Assembly: GCA_043806035.1 (NCBI GenBank) | Contig: JAZDHK010000030.1 | Coordinates: forward strand, 1 to 29,308 | Length of the DNA: 29,308 nucleotides | Reading direction: 5' to 3' | From: an archaeon | Lineage (GTDB): Archaea > Nanobdellota > Nanobdellia > Woesearchaeales > UBA9642 | Part shown: positions 23,843 to 29,308 of the stretch, one piece after another | Numbering within the stretch: position 1 is the stretch's first letter | How the letters are laid out: each line of letters opens with the position of its first letter | Notes under the pieces: generated by a model | Database searches by the model: none | The model's input: only the letters and a program-made list of their open reading frames with translations | Told to the model about the DNA's origin: nothing | Made by a program: the position numbers and the translations under genes

Positions 23843-25024
23843 ATGGATATTGTAGCAGGTGTAGGCTATTCACACATAAGCGAAAAAGCTAAAACATATG
23901 TGATGGAAGCACTAGATAATCCCTGGTTCATCCATGGCAAGTTCGTGCAGCGGCTGGAAAAGGAATTCTCGAAAGAGCATGAGTGCACATTCGGAATAGT
24001 GACGAACAGCGGTACAAGCTCTCTGCACATAGCCATCCAAGCCCTCAAGGAACTGCACCAATGGAACAATAATGACGAAGTCATCGTCCCCGCAGTGACC
24101 TTTGTTGCAACGGCAAACGTCGTCATCCACAATAATCTCAAGCCGGTCTTCGTCGATGTTGACCCTGATTATTATGAACTCGATCCAAACAAGCTGGAGG
24201 AGAAGATAACGGAAAAGACGCGAGCGATACTGCCCGTCCATCTGTTCGGTCAACCGTGCGACATGGACCCCATCATGGCAGTGGCAAAGAAATATGATCT
24301 AAAGGTGGTGGAGGATTCCTGCGAGACCATGTTTGCCAGCTACAAGGGAAAGCGCGTTGGCAGCTTTGGAGATATCGGTTGCTTCTCCACCTATGTCGCC
24401 CACATCATCAGTTCAGGCGTTGGAGGTATCTCCACGACGAACAATCCCGATTATGCGATAAAATTGAGGTCACTGATGAACCACGGAAGGGATTCCATCT
24501 ACATCAATATCGGCGACAGCAAGAACGCCACCGACAAGGAGCTTGAAGAAATCATTGCGAAAAGATTCTCCTTCATCAATGTGGGGCACAGTTTTCGGCT
24601 CACTGAAATGGAAGGCGCTATCGCCTGCGCAGAGCTCGAGGATCATGCTCAGAACATACGAAGAAGACAGGAAAATGCAGCGTACTTGATAGATCGCCTG
24701 CAGAACATCGAACAGTTGCAACTTCCGAAAATAAGGAAAGATGCCGAACATTCGTTCATGATGTTTCCCATCGTGTTAAAAGACAGGGTGAAGGCTGAAC
24801 TCGTCAACTATCTCGAACAGCACGGCGTTGAAACGCGAGATATGCTTCCTTTGGTGAATCAGCCGATATACACAAGGCTATATGGGACGACCGAAGATGA
24901 TTATCCTGTCGCCAAATGGATAAACCACAATGGATTCTATGTCGGCTGCCACCAGCATCTTGACAGAAAACAACTCGACCACATAGCAACAACGATAAGG
25001 AAATATTTTGAGGATTGCAGCTGA
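23843..25024 (+). CDS. DegT/DnrJ/EryC1/StrS-family PLP enzyme with His at the Schiff-base Lys position; probable NDP-4-keto-6-deoxyhexose 3-dehydratase (ColD-like)
   Basis: NSGTSSL, PVHLFG, EDSCE; FSTYVAHIISSGVGG where aminotransferases have FSFxxxKxxxxGEGG. Confidence 0.85.
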   Translation: MDIVAGVGYSHISEKAKTYVMEALDNPWFIHGKFVQRLEKEFSKEHECTFGIVTNSGTSSLHIAIQALKELHQWNNNDEVIVPAVTFVATANVVIHNNLKPVFVDVDPDYYELDPNKLEEKITEKTRAILPVHLFGQPCDMDPIMAVAKKYDLKVVEDSCETMFASYKGKRVGSFGDIGCFSTYVAHIISSGVGGISTTNNPDYAIKLRSLMNHGRDSIYINIGDSKNATDKELEEIIAKRFSFINVGHSFRLTEMEGAIACAELEDHAQNIRRRQENAAYLIDRLQNIEQLQLPKIRKDAEHSFMMFPIVLKDRVKAELVNYLEQHGVETRDMLPLVNQPIYTRLYGTTEDDYPVAKWINHNGFYVGCHQHLDRKQLDHIATTIRKYFEDCS

Positions 25025-25039
25025 CCTGTGAGACCAACC

Positions 25040-25993
25040 ATGACTGACGATTATTACAAAAATAAAAATATCTTGGTTACCGGCGGAGATGGTTTTATCG
25101 GTAGCCATCTCGTCGAAAAGCTCATCCATGCGGCTGCCAATACGTATGTGATTTCTCAGTTTGAAACGCTCGTCAATCTCGATGCAGCAAGTGACGCCGT
25201 ACGAGAAATCTTTGTTGGTGACATAACGAACAAAAACAATCTTACTGCCATCCAGAAACGCCTGGGCAAGGTCGATGTCGTTTTCCATCTTGCTGCTGAC
25301 CTTTCCGTCACCGAATCAATAACCAATCCTGAAAAAGTGAGGAAAACAAACGTTGTCGGCACAGAGAACATGCTTGCCATGGCAGTTCAGCTTGGCGCAA
25401 AACGGTTTGTCTATACATCAACAAGCACAGTGTATGGCTGGTCTGTACAGCCCGTATGTGAAGATATGCCCCCTTCCCCACGGACGCCCTATGCGATGAC
25501 AAAACTAGCGGGAGAAAAGTTGTGTAAGACCTATGCGAATCGATATGGGTTGGAGATCACCATACCTCGGCTCTTCAACGCTTATGGCGAACGACAAAGG
25601 AACGATGTCCTCCCTTCCTTCATAAAAAAAGCGCTGCATAATGAAGATATACCCTTAGAAGGGGAAGGAAAACAGAAAAGGGACTTCCTGCACGTCGACG
25701 ATATCACGAACGCACTCCTCATCATGGGTTCGCACCCGCTTGCGAAGAATGAAATAATTAACTTCGGAACAGGCAAGAACATCAAAATATCCGCAGTGGC
25801 AGAGAAAATTATTAAAATGAGCGGAAGCTCATCGAATCTCGTGCATGTTGCGCCGAGGAAAAACGATGGCTCGTCTGTTTGCGACTATGCAAAAGCGAAA
25901 CTACTTTTGGGATGGACTCCCAAAATAGGGCTAGACAGGGGACTGCGACGAACGATCGCCTGGGCAAAAACGGACCCCCATTTCAAAGGATAA
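25040..25993 (+). CDS. NAD-dependent epimerase/dehydratase family SDR (possible 4-reductase/epimerase)
   Basis: TGGDGFIG, HLAA, TSTSTVY, YAMTK, RDFLHVDD; start reassigned to ATG 25040. Confidence 0.9.
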   Translation: MTDDYYKNKNILVTGGDGFIGSHLVEKLIHAAANTYVISQFETLVNLDAASDAVREIFVGDITNKNNLTAIQKRLGKVDVVFHLAADLSVTESITNPEKVRKTNVVGTENMLAMAVQLGAKRFVYTSTSTVYGWSVQPVCEDMPPSPRTPYAMTKLAGEKLCKTYANRYGLEITIPRLFNAYGERQRNDVLPSFIKKALHNEDIPLEGEGKQKRDFLHVDDITNALLIMGSHPLAKNEIINFGTGKNIKISAVAEKIIKMSGSSSNLVHVAPRKNDGSSVCDYAKAKLLLGWTPKIGLDRGLRRTIAWAKTDPHFKG

Positions 25994-26014
25994 TACGGTA
26001 AGGGTGGTGTACAT

Positions 26015-27010
26015 ATGACTGACAATTATTGGAAAAACAAACGGGTTTTGGTAACTGGCGCTGACGGATTCATGGGTTCGCATCTTTGTGAAAAACTCAT
26101 CGAGTTAGGGGCGAATGTTTCTGTATTTGTGCGATACGTCTCCCATCCTCCCGTCGAGGACCTTTTCTTAAGAAATGTCGGACACATTCAGCACAAGTTC
26201 GAGCATATAATCAGAGGGAACATAGGAAGTCCTGAAGCCAATAAACTCATACGGCAGAACAAGCCGGAAATCATCTTCCACCTTGCCGCTGATGCGTACG
26301 TGCCGCACTCGTTCACCAACCCAGTTGAGGTCATCGAGAGCAATATCATGGGAACGCTGAACGTGCTCGAAGCAGCAAGGGAGCTTGATACGGAACGTGT
26401 AGTCTGCACATCCTCGAGTGAGATGTATGGGCCGTGTGACGGACCCATTCACGAAGAATACCCGCTTTACCCTACGTCTCCGTATGCCGCGTCAAAATTG
26501 GCAGGAGATCGGCTGGCATACGCCTATTTCAACACGTATAACCTGCCGATTGCAATCATCAGGCCATTCAACACGTATGGTCCAAGACACACGTATGACG
26601 TCATACCTAAATTCATCAAACTGGCGTTAGAAAACAAGCCATTGACCGTGTATGGCGATGGCAAACAAACAAGAGATTTGAGTTATGTAACGGATATGAT
26701 TACGGCATTTCTCATCATGGGCTCGCATAAAAAGGCCATCGGAGAAGCCGTGAACTTCGGGACAGGACAGGATATACGCATACAGGATGTTGCAGAAAAG
26801 ATAATCAAGTACACGGGCAGCACGTCGCCCATCATTCACGTCCAGCCGAGACTTTCAGAAGTGAGCAAGCTGTTAGTCGATTATTCTAAAGCGAAAAAAT
26901 TGTTTGGCTGGGAGCCAAACGTGTTCATAGACGAAGGAATTCAGCTGAATATCGAATGGGCAAAGAAAAACAAAGCAGCTGCAACAAGAACTAACAATGT
27001 GATATTGTGA
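26015..27010 (+). CDS. NAD-dependent SDR, probable NDP-sugar 4,6-dehydratase
   Basis: TGADGFMG, TSSSEMYG, PYAASK, RPFNTYGP. Confidence 0.9.
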   Translation: MTDNYWKNKRVLVTGADGFMGSHLCEKLIELGANVSVFVRYVSHPPVEDLFLRNVGHIQHKFEHIIRGNIGSPEANKLIRQNKPEIIFHLAADAYVPHSFTNPVEVIESNIMGTLNVLEAARELDTERVVCTSSSEMYGPCDGPIHEEYPLYPTSPYAASKLAGDRLAYAYFNTYNLPIAIIRPFNTYGPRHTYDVIPKFIKLALENKPLTVYGDGKQTRDLSYVTDMITAFLIMGSHKKAIGEAVNFGTGQDIRIQDVAEKIIKYTGSTSPIIHVQPRLSEVSKLLVDYSKAKKLFGWEPNVFIDEGIQLNIEWAKKNKAAATRTNNVIL

Positions 27011-28179
27011 CTGACATACACAAGAACATACAGGATGCAAAGAACTGGTTTTTGAGCTCTCGAGCCCAAAATCTTGACAACAAAGACAGATACCTACACG
27101 GCAGTTTTAGTTCGTGGCTCAATCTCGACACGAACCAATACGAATATGTGTACACTGAAATAACTGGATACGGGATAACGTCGCTGCTATTCCTGCATGA
27201 GTTGTTCGGAGATGAGATACTCATAGACCGTGCACGATATGCTGCAGATTGGATACGAAGAATAGCCATAGAGATATGCGGAGGAGTGAGGACGCGGTAT
27301 TATCTCGATGAAAAATCGAACATAGACCATTATTCATTCGATACTGAAACAACATATACCTTTGATGATGGCATCGTCCTGTTCGCACTCACAAAACTGT
27401 ATATGCGGACGCAGGACAAAAAGTATTTGCAGCTCGCAGAATTCATCGGCAACTTTCTTGTCGGAATACTCCAGAAACAGGACGGTTCGTTTTTTGCATC
27501 ATATGATCCCATCAATAAGCATTTCGAGGATTCACCAAAAAAATGGTCTACCCAGTCAGGAAGCTATCATGCGAAGGTCGCTATGGGTATTTTGAGTCTG
27601 TATGAAGTAACACGGGAAGAAAAGTACAAGAAAAGCGTCATGACATTTTGCGAATACGCCCTAAAACAACAAACAAGAGAAGGGCGATTTGTAACCTTCC
27701 GAGACACAAAGGGAACGCACATGCACCCACATTGTTATTCCGCAGAGGGCCTCTTCTACACGGGAACCGTGCTCAACGAACAACGATACATCGATGCTGC
27801 CCTACGCGCGGCAAAATGGGCGATTTCCACCCAACTTGAGGATGGTGGCGTCCCCTGCACGTACATACACGACGTGCCGAACAAGAACCAGCGAAGCGAC
27901 ACGCTAGCACAGGTATTGCGCTTAGGAGTCCTTGCCGCACAGCACGGGACCTTGAACGACGAGGAAATAGCACAGATAAAAAAATTGAAGGACAAGCTGG
28001 CACAGTACCAACTCAATGATGGGCCGCAGAAGGGTGGATTCCTCTTCGGGAACGATTTCGATGGAAAGAAGCTCCATCATGTGAATTCCTGGTGCACCAT
28101 GTTTGCATTGCAGGGCTTGCTCATGTATGACTTGTTTTTCAACAAGAAGAAAAAAATTGATTTTGGACTGATCGTATGA
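27007..28179 (+). CDS. Alpha/alpha-toroid (six-hairpin glycosidase-like) protein of glycan clusters, function unknown
   Basis: YTEITGY motif and helical repeats ending Q-x-x-DG-x-F/V (LQKQDGSF, QTREGRF, QLEDGGV); GTGA coupling to the upstream gene. Confidence 0.7.
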   Translation: MTDIHKNIQDAKNWFLSSRAQNLDNKDRYLHGSFSSWLNLDTNQYEYVYTEITGYGITSLLFLHELFGDEILIDRARYAADWIRRIAIEICGGVRTRYYLDEKSNIDHYSFDTETTYTFDDGIVLFALTKLYMRTQDKKYLQLAEFIGNFLVGILQKQDGSFFASYDPINKHFEDSPKKWSTQSGSYHAKVAMGILSLYEVTREEKYKKSVMTFCEYALKQQTREGRFVTFRDTKGTHMHPHCYSAEGLFYTGTVLNEQRYIDAALRAAKWAISTQLEDGGVPCTYIHDVPNKNQRSDTLAQVLRLGVLAAQHGTLNDEEIAQIKKLKDKLAQYQLNDGPQKGGFLFGNDFDGKKLHHVNSWCTMFALQGLLMYDLFFNKKKKIDFGLIV

Positions 28180-29234
28180 AGATTTGCATCATCCTCGGAA
28201 CTCGACCAGAGATCATCAAGCTCTGCTCAATCATCAAGCACTGCGAGAAGAACAAGTTCGACTATTTCGTCATCCATACCAACCAGCACTATTCAGAGAA
28301 CATGGACAAGATATTTTTTGAGGAACTGGAACTGCCGCTCCCGAAATATCATTTGAATATCGGCTCCGGACTGCATGGCGAGCAAACGGGGAAGGCATTG
28401 ATTGCCATCGAGAGGGTTTTGCTGGACGAGCGCCCGGACATCGTTCTGGTAGAGGGTGACACCAATACCGTCCTGGCGGGAGCACTTGCTGCACACAAGC
28501 TCCATATCAAAGTTGGCCATGTTGAGGCGGGACTGCGCAGCTATGACCGCAGGATGCCTGAGGAGGCAAACAGGATCATGACTGATCACATAGCTGATTA
28601 CCTGTTTGCACCGACAAGAAAGCAGGAGCACATATTGCTCGAAGAAGGCGTCTCCAAGGAGAAGATATTCGTTGTCGGCAATACCATCGTCGATGCCGTG
28701 CTGGAGAACAGCAGAATTTCCCAGAAACTCTTCGATCCTCCTAAGGAAAGCTACTTCCTCGTCACAGCGCATCGTTCAGAGAACGTCGATGATCGAGAGA
28801 CGCTCATGCAGCTCTTGGAATCATTGGACGCGGTCGCACAAGAGTACCAGCTACAAATCATCTATCCCATACATCCGAGAACGCGGAAGATGATACAGAC
28901 GTTCAACATCGCCACGAGCAACCGCATTCTGCTGACTGAGCCCATCGGCTATCTCGAATTTTTGCACCTGACCAGACACGCAAAACTCGTCCTCACTGAT
29001 TCGGGAGGTTTGCAGGAAGAATCATGCATTCTGCAGGTCCCTTGCGTTACGCTCCGCGACAACACGGAACGGCCGGAAACGGTCGATGTTGGTGCGAACG
29101 TGCTTGCCGGCGTCAGAAAAGAGAATGTATTAAAAGCGGTATCACACATGCTCTCGAAAGAACGCGAATGGACTAATCCGTTCGGCGATGGTACGACGGG
29201 AAAGAAGATACTCGAAATCGTGAGGGGCGGCTAG
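28176..29234 (+). CDS. wecB: UDP-N-acetylglucosamine 2-epimerase (non-hydrolysing)
   Basis: GTRPEIIK, GDTNT, HVEAGLRS, MPEE-x-NR, TDSGGLQEE, TERPE. Confidence 0.95.
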   Translation: MKICIILGTRPEIIKLCSIIKHCEKNKFDYFVIHTNQHYSENMDKIFFEELELPLPKYHLNIGSGLHGEQTGKALIAIERVLLDERPDIVLVEGDTNTVLAGALAAHKLHIKVGHVEAGLRSYDRRMPEEANRIMTDHIADYLFAPTRKQEHILLEEGVSKEKIFVVGNTIVDAVLENSRISQKLFDPPKESYFLVTAHRSENVDDRETLMQLLESLDAVAQEYQLQIIYPIHPRTRKMIQTFNIATSNRILLTEPIGYLEFLHLTRHAKLVLTDSGGLQEESCILQVPCVTLRDNTERPETVDVGANVLAGVRKENVLKAVSHMLSKEREWTNPFGDGTTGKKILEIVRGG

Positions 29235-29240
29235 AGAACG

Positions 29241-29308
29241 ATGCTCAAAAAGGGAATTTCTGTATTCATACTGACAAAAAATTGTGAGGAGACAGTACGA
29301 AAGACACT
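29241..29308 (+). CDS. Partial GT2 family glycosyltransferase (N-terminus MLKKGISVFILTKNCEETVRKT)
   Basis: IS-x-x-I-x-x-x-N-x-E start motif of GT2; follows wecB by 6 nt; truncated by the window. Confidence 0.65.
   Translation, partial: MLKKGISVFILTKNCEETVRKT

Noticed and set aside
23843-25024. Ordinary sugar aminotransferase or E1/RfbH call
   Set aside because: The catalytic Lys is replaced by His, and the Cys motif for the E1 2Fe-2S cluster is absent

Overview
Archaeal chromosome segment, most consistent with a DPANN archaeon such as Woesearchaeota. Evidence: BRE/TATA promoters, an intron-containing tRNA without encoded CCA, AglB, a geranylgeranyl reductase and small wHTH genes; the lineage call is inference. 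From left to right: (1) 1-1620 is the edge of a probable integrated element, with a short tyrosine integrase directly 3' of tRNA-Trp, two small wHTH-like genes and an abrupt junction near 144. (2) 1630-1769 is tRNA-Trp(CCA) with a 66-nt intron. The intron looks like a circularly permuted box C/D guide for C34 of its own tRNA, complete only after the excised intron circularises. (3) 1857-14272 is a minus-strand cell-surface cluster: a signal peptide/LysM-like/coiled-coil/predicted beta-barrel protein translationally coupled to a ~2356-aa PKD/cadherin-like adhesin, followed by two membrane-anchored Ig-fold proteins. (4) 14427-19792 holds a GGR and an aglB + paired SMR/EamA flippase-like + GT2 operon. 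(5) 20051 to the end is a sugar-nucleotide/glycosyltransferase cluster: two GT4s, a B12 radical SAM enzyme, a Lys-to-His ColD-like PLP enzyme, two SDRs, an alpha/alpha-toroid protein, WecB and a partial GT2. All family calls come from motif recognition by eye; no searches were run.
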